Part shown: one piece after another, positions 17,009 through 25,677 of the stretch | How positions within the stretch are numbered: the stretch's first letter is position 1 | Layout: each line of letters begins with the position of its first letter | From: Candidatus Lokiarchaeum ossiferum | Lineage (GTDB): Archaea; Asgardarchaeota; Lokiarchaeia; Sigyniarchaeales; Promethearchaeaceae | Reading direction: 5' to 3' | NCBI GenBank assembly: GCA_025839675.1 | Contig: CP104013.1 | Location: 1,410,001 to 1,442,000 of the forward strand | DNA: 32,000 nt | The notes under the pieces: model-generated | What the model was told of the DNA's origin: nothing | Database searches by the model: none | Seen by the model: only the letters and a program-made list of their open reading frames with translations | Translations under genes and position numbers: made by a program

Positions 17009-18799
17009 ATGAAGAATAAAACAAAGAATATCCTAATTATCGTATCTTTTATTGTGGCTTTTGGATTAGCAAATTTCAATGAGATTCATAGTTTTCAAGA
17101 GAATATATCAGCAAAAATCTCCGATGGAAAAGAACCACAGACATCTACGACTAACAAACCCCGTTCCAGTTATGTGGTAGTGCCATTAACAATTAATGTT
17201 GTGGAAGGTACCAATCTAACTAAGGCAGAAGTAGAAGAACGAGTCAAGAAAATGAATGAGATATATAATTGCGAGGTGGTTATATTCGTGTGGAATGGAA
17301 CAATCAATACAGTGCCTGATCCAGAGGGAAATGGGGATGGAAAAATTGATTATAATGCGACCCACAGGACCAAGGTGAGGAGTGATGCAGCTAAGAAATC
17401 AGGAGGAAAAGGAGTTAGCATTACAGTGACCAATTCCCTAGGTGATAATAATACCAACGGAATGTGTATTGTGGGAGGTGCTCATTCAGCAATTGTAAGG
17501 AAAGGGACAGATGGAACCACTTGGGCACATGAAGTTCAACATGCCCTTGGGCAAAGTCACGGACAATCACAACCCGCAGGGGAAGACTTAGACGGTGATG
17601 GTGATAAAACCGATGATCGCGGTTGGGATATCGACGGCGATGGGAATGTGACCAAAAAAGATCAAGGGTATAATTTATGGGGTCGGAGAAGTGATCGAAC
17701 GGGAAACAATATGACAACTGCAGGCCATGATGCAATTTATGGGAATGCTTCTGCACTCCCAGGAGCAAGAGTTAAAACCCGTCCTGCCAAGCCAGCAACT
17801 ACAAAAACGGACGGAATCACACCCTTGAAAGGAGGAATATCACCGGGTAAACGAAATGAATCATTAACTCCAGAGAAAAAAAGTTCTAATATCATCCAAG
17901 GAGGTTTTTCAGTCAATTATACAGATCCAAAAATGACGTTATGCTTACAACTTGCCGATATGCCAGCAGGGATAGTGAGTTTTAATTTAATTATTGATGC
18001 GGATCCAAATCATGGTAATCCACTTGATGGAGCAGATATCTGGATAGATTTATTTTGTAATATGGGGGTATTTGAATTGACACCTCACACATGGGGTGAA
18101 AGTGATTGGATAGATCTCCCTCCACTACCGTTCCTTCCCAGCCCCGGAATGGATACCATCAATCTGAACAATATCACTGGATCAGGATTGGTTGATTCCT
18201 TTTTTGATGTTTTTGTCGAAGTGGACATTCCCGAGCCTGCTATAGTAGATCCATTAAGATTTAGTGAAGAAACAAAATTTTGGTTCGAGTCTTGGTCTGA
18301 GATGGATTACTCAGATCGGACCGCAAATTCAACAGTAGACATGCGAGATATTCCGGATGAAACAATTACAGTAAGTAATGAACTTACAACAGCAGGAGGT
18401 TATTTAACAGTCAATGGCACAAATTTTAGTCCCGAGTCAACAGTAACTTTATATTTTGATGGGGAATCTATCGGTACCGTGCCTACAGACACTCAAGGAT
18501 TCTTCACCCATGATATTTTAGTTATTCGGGAATTGTCCAAGGAAAATGTTATTCTCACCGCCATGGATGCGCAAGGAAAAGGAGATGGAATTTACATTGA
18601 TATCGAAGGATCAGGAACAAAGACAACAAGTAGCACTGACACAACCTCCAGCAGCTCAACATCAACTCAGTCAGATGATACTGCAGACGTCGAGAGATTA
18701 ATTATTCCAGGATATTCCCTTTTCTGGACTGGTGCAATTTCAATCTTTTCTTGCCTGTTCTTACTGAGAAAACGATCATTTTGGATTCAATTGAAGTAG
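17009..18799 (+). CDS. Cell-surface metzincin-like zinc metalloprotease with calcium-binding-type DxDGDG repeats and a PGF-CTERM-like anchor
   Basis: 596-aa ORF with an N-terminal signal/anchor (NILIIVSFIVAFGLANF). It has an exact HExxHxxGxxH motif (HEVQHALGQSH) and DLDGDGDKTDD / DIDGDGNVTKKD repeats. A Ser/Thr-rich linker (TKTTSSTDTTSSSSTSTQS) is followed by PGYSLFWTGAISIFSCLFLLRKR near the C-terminus. Confidence 0.75.
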   Translation: MKNKTKNILIIVSFIVAFGLANFNEIHSFQENISAKISDGKEPQTSTTNKPRSSYVVVPLTINVVEGTNLTKAEVEERVKKMNEIYNCEVVIFVWNGTINTVPDPEGNGDGKIDYNATHRTKVRSDAAKKSGGKGVSITVTNSLGDNNTNGMCIVGGAHSAIVRKGTDGTTWAHEVQHALGQSHGQSQPAGEDLDGDGDKTDDRGWDIDGDGNVTKKDQGYNLWGRRSDRTGNNMTTAGHDAIYGNASALPGARVKTRPAKPATTKTDGITPLKGGISPGKRNESLTPEKKSSNIIQGGFSVNYTDPKMTLCLQLADMPAGIVSFNLIIDADPNHGNPLDGADIWIDLFCNMGVFELTPHTWGESDWIDLPPLPFLPSPGMDTINLNNITGSGLVDSFFDVFVEVDIPEPAIVDPLRFSEETKFWFESWSEMDYSDRTANSTVDMRDIPDETITVSNELTTAGGYLTVNGTNFSPESTVTLYFDGESIGTVPTDTQGFFTHDILVIRELSKENVILTAMDAQGKGDGIYIDIEGSGTKTTSSTDTTSSSSTSTQSDDTADVERLIIPGYSLFWTGAISIFSCLFLLRKRSFWIQLK

Positions 18800-18815
18800 T
18801 TGACATTATTTCCCA

Positions 18816-18832
18816 TTTTTTGCCTTTTTTTT
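18816..18832 (+). terminator. Oligo-T tracts after the metzincin gene
   Basis: T6 (18816-18821) and T8 (18825-18832) lie within 35 nt of the stop. Confidence 0.4.
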
Positions 18833-18896
18833 GCTGTTTACTTAATCTTCTAATGATCTTCAAGAAGAGTAAAAAAATTCGAATTTAGCCTTTGAA

Positions 18897-19673
18897 TTAA
18901 TAATAGAGAAAATATTGGACAGGAACGAGAGTAAACATGATATAAAGCCCAATTATACATAGATAGAATGAAAAAAAAAATAATATAAACCCCCAATTAT
19001 TTGAATGAATGGAGAAAAGGGATATTTTGCTCTTGGATCTGAGGCGAGGGCAAAAAAAACCAGAGGAAAGATAATAGGCAAGATACTCTTCAGGGAAGAG
19101 CCGAAAAAGGATTTTTTCTTCGAGTTTTGAAAAAACCACAGTTGTAAACAAAATAAGAATAAAGGATGCAAGATCTCCGATGCGAATTCCCCAATCGGAA
19201 GTCCCAAAATAGTGCAGTATTGAAAATTCTGGAGGAACATATAGGGCAAATGGAAAAATCATCAGAAGAATTCCTAAATTCTGCGGATGACGTATGTATT
19301 TATAAATACCTGTCCTTACCAAACCGACTTTTTTCTGTTTTTGAATACTAAAATAGAGTATCGAAAAAACAAAAAGACCGAATCCTATTCCAAATATTAG
19401 AAATTCAAAGAAAATAAATTGATTTGTAAACAAACCGCAATCAAGGTACGCATTTAGCCAAGATACAAACAAATTTGTACCAATCAAACTTGGATCAATA
19501 AAATACCAAGAAATACGCGTGAAATAACCTAAGGAAAAAATTGGAACAAAAATGAGAAACATGGGCCATAAAATACCGCCAAAAATTACAAGATAGGAGC
19601 CAAGTTGGGAAAAAAATTTAGCAATAGGTAAAATTATTCGGATTTTTTTAGAGGAATCAATTTGGGATTTCAT
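18897..19673 (-). CDS. Isoprenylcysteine carboxyl methyltransferase (ICMT/PEMT) family membrane methyltransferase
   Basis: 258-aa polytopic membrane ORF carrying the family motif TGIYKYIRHPQNLGILL (G-x-Y-x-x-x-RHP-x-x-x-G). Confidence 0.65.
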   Translation of the reverse strand: MKSQIDSSKKIRIILPIAKFFSQLGSYLVIFGGILWPMFLIFVPIFSLGYFTRISWYFIDPSLIGTNLFVSWLNAYLDCGLFTNQFIFFEFLIFGIGFGLFVFSILYFSIQKQKKVGLVRTGIYKYIRHPQNLGILLMIFPFALYVPPEFSILHYFGTSDWGIRIGDLASFILILFTTVVFSKLEEKILFRLFPEEYLAYYLSSGFFCPRLRSKSKISLFSIHSNNWGFILFFFSFYLCIIGLYIMFTLVPVQYFLYY

Positions 19674-19803
19674 TTTTTTCCAAGTCCTTTGCTTAGGTAA
19701 AAGAAATCTGGACTTAAAAACATCAATGGAAGAGAATAGTAAATCTTCAAAAATGACCTAAAAAAACTGAACTTTCGATTACTATATAACTTGAAAAGCA
19801 AAT

Positions 19804-20481
19804 TTATTTAAGTATTTTTTTAGATTGCTCATAGAAAGTTAAAACTCTGTTGACTACAACCCAGCTATCATAACCCCGATCTGGAAGAGCGATTTTTTGT
19901 CCAGGAAGATTTGCAATGGTTGCGGAAAAATGTCCTTTTTGAAATCCACCAATTAAAACAACAGAATCTTCTTCTGAAATAGCAATAGCATCTGATATTT
20001 CTTTTAAAGAATAAATTTGACCTGCCGCAGTGAAATGGTAGATATTTTTCTCAGAAAATTTGGCTGTTAACCAATGGGAAAAATTTTCAGTTTCCCGACG
20101 AATGAAGTATGGTTTTTTTTTGGGAATATTCCCCACTTCGAGTAATTGGACCATCAAAGCTTTGAATCGGTGATAATCTCGAGGACACCGCATATCAGAT
20201 GAGACAGAATATAAAGCAGATTTTGTGTGAAAATAAATTTTTATTTCACCAGCGAAATTGGCCGGGCTTCCTAGAGTATCTAAAAGAAAATGATGAAGAA
20301 TATCAGGACGACCCCGTTTTTCGCTATTTTTTAGTTTAGCCAAAAGATGGTGATGCAATGAAGTATCAAGCAAACGAGCAGCATTATTAAACTTTTGTAT
20401 CCATTTCTTCACTATTGGATCTTTATCGTATTCGGATGGTATCATTTCGAGGGCAGTTTCAGTAAGAATCATATGCAACAT
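19804..20481 (-). CDS. nep1: Ribosomal RNA small subunit methyltransferase Nep1 (EMG1 family, SPOUT)
   Basis: 225-aa ORF with the Nep1-typical block KRGRPDILHHFLLDTLGSP and a C-terminal VVLIGGFQKGHF block. Confidence 0.88.
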   Translation of the reverse strand: MLHMILTETALEMIPSEYDKDPIVKKWIQKFNNAARLLDTSLHHHLLAKLKNSEKRGRPDILHHFLLDTLGSPANFAGEIKIYFHTKSALYSVSSDMRCPRDYHRFKALMVQLLEVGNIPKKKPYFIRRETENFSHWLTAKFSEKNIYHFTAAGQIYSLKEISDAIAISEEDSVVLIGGFQKGHFSATIANLPGQKIALPDRGYDSWVVVNRVLTFYEQSKKILK

Positions 20482-20512
20482 GGGGGGAACCTCATAGATT
20501 TAAACAACAGAA

Positions 20513-20941
20513 TTATTTTCGAGATGGTTTAGCGGGAGATGGTCGATTGTCAATAACTTTCCCTTTCACAATGTAGCGAGTAATATGGCCGCACATGTGG
20601 CAAGTTACACTCAAGTAAGAGCCATAATGCTTTTTATGATTCATTCGGAAATGCATATTGTTTCCTGGTGATAGTAATTTTTTGCAAGAATGGCAAATAT
20701 AACGTTTCTTGGATAGGGGAATATTGATTTTCGCACCCATCGCAATTTTTCGGGCGATAAATACATAACGATTTGCAAGCACTGAATTTGTGCTATATAT
20801 GGCATGGGCACGATCTAGCAAATCATTTACTCGTTCCGTGGCAACATCTTGCATCAAAATATGTTGTTTCATCTGTTTTTTTCGTCTTCTTTTTTGATGA
20901 CGAAAACGAAAGGGGGATGAATTTCGAGGATGACCTGTCAT
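20513..20941 (-). CDS. rnp4: RNase P protein component 4 (Rpp21/Rpr2 family)
   Basis: It has an N-terminal helical RYVFIARKIAMGAKINIP block and a zinc ribbon (CHSCKKLL...CHMCGH). The start is uncertain: the basic 23-aa extension from 20941 may or may not be translated, and the alternative ATG is at 20872. Confidence 0.85.
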   Translation of the reverse strand: MTGHPRNSSPFRFRHQKRRRKKQMKQHILMQDVATERVNDLLDRAHAIYSTNSVLANRYVFIARKIAMGAKINIPLSKKRYICHSCKKLLSPGNNMHFRMNHKKHYGSYLSVTCHMCGHITRYIVKGKVIDNRPSPAKPSRK

Positions 20942-20973
20942 AATAGAAAAACACCATGTAAATGTGAAAAAAT

Positions 20974-21651
20974 TTAACTCCGTTTTTTAAATTTTGGAGT
21001 TCTTTTCGAAGAATGACCCGTTCCTGATCGAGATTTTCCTTTTTTAGGACCAAATTTTGAACTATTCGAACGAGCCCCCGATTTTGAAGCAGTTTTTGGG
21101 AATTTTTTATTGTCGCGCAAATTGGGGCGTGGTCGTTTCACTTTCTTTTTGGGTTGCTTGGTTTCAATCGCACCGTAAATTTCTTCACTTTGTTGATCAA
21201 TGCGATGGAGTAAGTTTTCATCATCATAATCAATAAATTCTGGATTCATATCAACGACTTCACCATTTTCATCAAGCACGACGGTTTCTTCTTCACTTTC
21301 TCCATCTGCTTGAGGGGTGATTTCTTCATTATCACCAATTAACTTCCCGTATTTTTTCGGAACATGCAATCCAGTAACTTTCTTCTTTGAAATAATAAAC
21401 GTATGTCCTCGTGCATCTAAAACAACAATTTTCAAGCCTTTCATAACTGCCGCAATGAAATGATCCATTCCATGTTCTGTGACCATATCGGGCATAACCT
21501 TGAGCTTCACGATTTTATTTTTTTTTAAGTGATTCTTAATGTGCTCCAATACACTTGGGGTGACCCCCGTTTTTCCGATAATTACATGGGCACGTTCTTG
21601 CCTAACTTGATGAAAGAGTTCTAATGACATTCTACTATTTTTCTTAGTCAT
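20974..21651 (-). CDS. YhbY/CRM-domain RNA-binding protein with a long acidic-then-basic C-terminal tail
   Basis: The N-terminal ~95 aa match the YhbY/CRS1 pattern (HVIIGKTGVTPSVLEHIKNHLKKNKIVKLKV). Residues from about 100 to 225 are low-complexity: first D/E-rich, then K/R/S-rich. Confidence 0.8.
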   Translation of the reverse strand: MTKKNSRMSLELFHQVRQERAHVIIGKTGVTPSVLEHIKNHLKKNKIVKLKVMPDMVTEHGMDHFIAAVMKGLKIVVLDARGHTFIISKKKVTGLHVPKKYGKLIGDNEEITPQADGESEEETVVLDENGEVVDMNPEFIDYDDENLLHRIDQQSEEIYGAIETKQPKKKVKRPRPNLRDNKKFPKTASKSGARSNSSKFGPKKGKSRSGTGHSSKRTPKFKKRS

Positions 21652-21861
21652 GCATTTTCCTTAAATTTAATGCTTTTTAAAGCAACAATAAATGAATTTC
21701 ATGCCAAAATAGTTTTAATATGAATAAATTGCTAAAATGGCATAGTAGCAAGAGAATCAATAAGGTAATCGAATGAATTTGACAATAACAACGAATAAAG
21801 AAGGAGAAAACAAAGAGCCTCCGAGGTTTGGAAGTAAATCATTATTGAGAAAACTAAGTGC

Positions 21862-22647
21862 TTATTTTTGGCATTTTTCACAAAAATAAGTCGTACGCTG
21901 TGCAATAGGTAGACGGGAAAGAAGAGTATTGCAAATCGGGCAGCATCCATCCTTTTTTCGGAAGGAAATAAAGTAGTCCGATGAGAAGGGTTCCCCGTAT
22001 TCATTACCTTGTTGGACAGCGTGAATCATGATCTTCTTTATTTTTTTTGCTAAACGGATAAGTTCATCAGCGGATAATTCCTTTGTAAGACGATCGGGGC
22101 GAATTTGTGCTTGAAATAAAGCTTCGTCAGCATATAAGTTCCCCACTCCCGCTATAATTTTTTGATCTAATAAAGCAGATTTAATTTTTCGATTTCGCCC
22201 TTGCAATTGTCTTTGAAGTTCTGAGGGGGTAATACTTAATGCATCAGGACCGAATCTTTGTGATTTAATGTATTCATCTATATTGGCTATATATTCCACC
22301 CGTCCAAATTTTCTCTGTGATATATAAGCTAAATAATATCCATTCTTAAAATTAAAGACTAACCGATCATGTTTATGGAGTTTTTCATTAGAGTTACTGT
22401 AGCGAAAATCACCAGTCATCCCAAAATGGAATAAAAGACCCCCTTCACTGGATAGCTTGGCAAACATAAACTTTCCTCTCCGCGAAGTTTGAATAAATTT
22501 CGCTTGTTGACAAAATTGGAGCAGTTTCTCGGCAGAACTACCTTTAAGAATCTTTTCTTCCACGATATTCACTGAAGTGATGGCCTTATTCAAGGCGTGA
22601 ATGTTAAAATATTGTCGAAAAGCTTCTACTTCCGGTAATTCGGGCAT
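21862..22647 (-). CDS. fpg: Formamidopyrimidine-DNA glycosylase / endonuclease VIII family (Fpg/Nei)
   Basis: 261-aa ORF with the catalytic N-terminus MPELPEVE, a central H2TH region (LLDQKIIAGVGNLYADEALF) and a C-terminal zinc finger (CPICNT...FCEKC). Confidence 0.9.
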   Translation of the reverse strand: MPELPEVEAFRQYFNIHALNKAITSVNIVEEKILKGSSAEKLLQFCQQAKFIQTSRRGKFMFAKLSSEGGLLFHFGMTGDFRYSNSNEKLHKHDRLVFNFKNGYYLAYISQRKFGRVEYIANIDEYIKSQRFGPDALSITPSELQRQLQGRNRKIKSALLDQKIIAGVGNLYADEALFQAQIRPDRLTKELSADELIRLAKKIKKIMIHAVQQGNEYGEPFSSDYFISFRKKDGCCPICNTLLSRLPIAQRTTYFCEKCQK

Positions 22648-22981
22648 ATTTTATTCAATTCGGAATAGTTTAAAAGGAGAAAGGTAAGGTTATTTTTTTT
22701 TGATTTGGATTTGTGTAATCTGAACATAATACATCGTTCTAAATATCGTACAGATTACATTTTCAAGATGTTAAAAACAAAAATGAAAAATTAATAACAA
22801 AGAATAAAGCAAATTTACTTAATTCAAATGATTTTCGGGAAATTTAGGAATTCTAAATTTACAACAAAAATCTGAAATCTATTACGAATAAAATACCCAT
22901 TTATGCCAGTAACAATTGATTCTTTCAATTTGCTCGTTTTATCGTAAAAAATACCTCCACAAAGGATTAAATTTAATCTTA

Positions 22982-23644
22982 TCAAGACATCTTCTCAAGT
23001 GGTTGTCTGATAACAGTCTTTAATTTTTCTGGTTTTGTCCTACGAGGATCTGATAAATAAATTTCATGATGATGTCCCCGTAAATGGAAGTTATTTTCTT
23101 TGGCATATTGATGGAGCCGTTTAATAGTAGGAGGTTCTTCATCATAAGGTCCAAAATATAAAATTTGCACCACCTTTCTTTCATCAAAAATTTCCACTCG
23201 GATATCATCAATTAAGGGTGCTTTATCCCTTTTCTTCAAGGCTACTTGTTCACTCGCATATTGGATGTATTTTTCACCGATAAAATCCGGAATTCGGATC
23301 ATCATTGTCCAATTCCATAAACGCTTTTCTTCCATCGTCCATTTTTCCATGTCTTTCATATACCACAATCCTTCCAATGGAGGAACCACATAATCTTGTC
23401 CTTCCGGTTGCTTTTTGTAATACATTTTTAGAGTAAAGGATACCGCATAAAGTGTACTTATGGCGTTCTTGTAATCTTTTGAAATATTAGGATCTCCTTT
23501 ACCATCTATCATAAAAAACTTCATTTTTGGAATTTCCAGAATAGTTGGATGTTTGGACGAGGGTTTGTAGAATTCAGGATATTTTAGTTTATAATCAAAT
23601 TTAGCAGGTGTCATACGATTTATTCCCCTTTTATTGAAAATCAA
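22982..23644 (-). CDS. GyrI-like small-molecule-binding domain protein
   Basis: 220-aa ORF. Its duplicated beta-alpha-beta-beta pattern (FFMIDGKGDP...; VQILYFGPYDEEPPTIKRLHQYAKENNF...HHEIYLSDPRRT) is typical of the GyrI-like/SOUL family. The assignment is by eye only. Confidence 0.5.
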   Translation of the reverse strand: MIFNKRGINRMTPAKFDYKLKYPEFYKPSSKHPTILEIPKMKFFMIDGKGDPNISKDYKNAISTLYAVSFTLKMYYKKQPEGQDYVVPPLEGLWYMKDMEKWTMEEKRLWNWTMMIRIPDFIGEKYIQYASEQVALKKRDKAPLIDDIRVEIFDERKVVQILYFGPYDEEPPTIKRLHQYAKENNFHLRGHHHEIYLSDPRRTKPEKLKTVIRQPLEKMS

Positions 23645-23743
23645 CGGGTAATTATAACAAAATTACAAGAATATTAAAACAAATTGAGTTGGTCTCGGGG
23701 TAAGGTTTTAACATCATGGATCTTTGGACATTAGTGAAGCAAT

Positions 23744-24394
23744 ATGGAAAAATATGATGTAATTCTCTTCGATTTGGATGGAACGTTAACCGATCCTAAG
23801 AAGGGAATAATCAATTCAATCAAATATGCTTTGAAAAAATTAAATATTTCAAATTATGATCCAAAAACTCTTGTCGAATTTATAGGTCCCCCATTAGATG
23901 AATCTTTTGAGTATTATTTCCACATGGATCATGATCAAGCCCTTACAGCAATAAATTATTACCGAGAATATTTTAAAGTCAAAGGTTTATTTGAAAATCA
24001 AATATATCCGGGAATTCCTGAACTGATGAAGCGAATTCATGATCAAAAACGCAAAATTTATGTTGCTACTTCAAAACCAACACAATTTGCTAAGGATATT
24101 TTAAACCATTTCAAAATTGCAGATTATTGTGTGGAAATTGTTGGTTCAAACTTGAATTTGACAAGAGTCAAGAAAGCAGACATTATTGAATACGTGCTAC
24201 AAAAAATACCACAATGTCCGCGAGAAAGAATTGTAATGGTTGGAGATCGTAAATATGATATTATTGGTGCTAAGGATACAAAAATTGATTCAATCGGGGT
24301 AACCTATGGATATGGAAATCTTGAAGAAATTAAACATGCTAATCCAACAATGATTGCACATTCAGTGGCAGAATTATCTCACCTTTTACTTTAG
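23744..24394 (+). CDS. HAD-superfamily hydrolase (phosphoglycolate phosphatase-like subfamily IA)
   Basis: 216-aa ORF with HAD motif I (ILFDLDGTLTD), motif II (ATSK) and motifs III/IV (K...MVGDRKYDIIGA). Confidence 0.85.
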   Translation: MEKYDVILFDLDGTLTDPKKGIINSIKYALKKLNISNYDPKTLVEFIGPPLDESFEYYFHMDHDQALTAINYYREYFKVKGLFENQIYPGIPELMKRIHDQKRKIYVATSKPTQFAKDILNHFKIADYCVEIVGSNLNLTRVKKADIIEYVLQKIPQCPRERIVMVGDRKYDIIGAKDTKIDSIGVTYGYGNLEEIKHANPTMIAHSVAELSHLLL

Positions 24395-24661
24395 AGCAAA
24401 TTTACCTATTTTTTGATGGAAATATTAAAAACAGATTAAAATTGAACGTTAGATTTAAATTGTAGGTCAAATCTACATGTAATTAAGAATAAAGTAACAA
24501 TTCTTCAATTCAATTAAAAAATCAGCAACCAATTTCCAAATCAATCTTCCAAAATCGAAAATTTTTTAATTTTTGTTTGTTTTACATACATGTCGATCAA
24601 TGATCGGTATTTTCGATCGATTGATATGAATTTAGCGCAAGCTAAAGCGAGGTAATGCAAA

Positions 24662-25096
24662 ATTAACATATATGATATCTATCCGCAGGATTTAATTGCC
24701 GCAGTTTCAGAAAAGTTGAAAGAAATTGATACAATTGAAGCCCCGAAAGAAATGATGTTTTGGAAGACTAGCTGGATAAGAGAGTATCCCCCTGTGGATT
24801 ACGAGAATTTCTGGTATATTCGAGCAGCCAGCCTTTTACGAAAATTATACCGAAAACCAATCGGAATTAATCGATTGAAAAAGGTATATGGTGGAAGAAG
24901 TCCAGGATTTGTTCACTATAATCATAGTGCATCTGGTTCTGGTGCAATCATCCGACGTATCTTACAACAATTGGAAAAAGCAGGTTTTGTCAAAAAAACC
25001 GAAAAATCTGGACGAGAATTAACTAATGCAGGACGATCTATCTTAGATAAAACCGCGGCAGAAATTTCCCGAACAGAATCAAAAATAACTGCATAA
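24662..25096 (+). CDS. rps19e: 30S ribosomal protein S19e (start codon unresolved)
   Basis: The S19e pattern runs from INIYDIYPQDLIAAVSEKLKEI through FWYIRAASLLRKLY, GGRS and IIRRILQQLEKAGFV. The first canonical in-frame start (TTG 24716) would delete the conserved N-terminal helix. Similarity extends up to the in-frame TAA at 24653 (see finding). Confidence 0.85.
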   Translation: MNIYDIYPQDLIAAVSEKLKEIDTIEAPKEMMFWKTSWIREYPPVDYENFWYIRAASLLRKLYRKPIGINRLKKVYGGRSPGFVHYNHSASGSGAIIRRILQQLEKAGFVKKTEKSGRELTNAGRSILDKTAAEISRTESKITA

Positions 25097-25123
25097 TAAA
25101 ATCTTTTTCAAAGGTTGATACGA

Positions 25124-25477
25124 ATGAGTGAAGATGAAGAATTGCGAAAGTTACGAGAACAACGAATGATTGAGATGCAACAACAGCAGGCACAACAAGC
25201 TCAACAATCTCAAGCAGCAGCTCAGCAAAATGCAATGCTTCAAGCCCAAAAACAAGCAATACTTGGAAAAATTCTTTCGTCAGAAGCTCGGGCAAGGTTA
25301 GCCAATATCCGATTAGCACGTTCAGATTTTGCAGAAAATCTCGAATTACAGCTGATTCAAGCCTACCAGTCCGGAGCATTAGGAAATCAAATACCCCTTC
25401 CTGATGAAAAATTGAAAGCTTTACTGATTCAACTTCAACAATCTCAGAAAAGAGAACGAAAAATCAAATTTAAATAA
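25124..25477 (+). CDS. DNA-binding protein, PDCD5/MTH1615 family
   Basis: It contains the conserved core ILGKILSSEARARLANIRLARSDFAENLELQLIQAYQSG, preceded by a Q/A-rich stretch. I prefer ATG 25124, which has AGGT 8-11 nt upstream; the ORF is open from TTG 25115. Confidence 0.85.
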   Translation: MSEDEELRKLREQRMIEMQQQQAQQAQQSQAAAQQNAMLQAQKQAILGKILSSEARARLANIRLARSDFAENLELQLIQAYQSGALGNQIPLPDEKLKALLIQLQQSQKRERKIKFK

Positions 25478-25499
25478 ATATAATAATTAAGTGATAAAA

Positions 25500-25658
25500 A
25501 TGGCAAGAAATAAAAGTTTACCAAAAAAGCTTCGCTTAGGCAAAGCCAAGAAGATAAGTGGTAATGTCCCAACATGGGTCGTTCAAAAGACCAAGGGAAA
25601 AGTGCGATGGACACCACACAGCCGTCGACATTGGAGATCTCAACGGATAAAGTCTTAA
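25500..25658 (+). CDS. rpl39e: 50S ribosomal protein L39e
   Basis: This gene is not in the ORF track because it is under 60 aa. Manual translation gives [52 protein letters not shown], the L39e pattern, and it sits in the expected position before L31e. Confidence 0.9.
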   Translation: MARNKSLPKKLRLGKAKKISGNVPTWVVQKTKGKVRWTPHSRRHWRSQRIKS

Positions 25659-25677
25659 TCTTAATTGGGTGATTTAA

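Noticed and set aside
22714-22759. Perfect 9-bp inverted repeat TGTAATCTG ... CAGATTACA with a 28-nt spacer between the GyrI-like gene and fpg
   Set aside because: The stem is short, the loop is long and there is no adjacent oligo-T on the relevant (minus) strand. Such repeats arise by chance in AT-rich DNA, so no function can be argued.
24592-24626. Imperfect inverted repeat (tcgATCAATgATCG ... CGATcgATTGATa) upstream of S19e
   Set aside because: It is imperfect and AT-rich. It might be a regulatory or leader structure, but nothing in the sequence distinguishes it from chance. The start-codon anomaly just downstream is reported instead.
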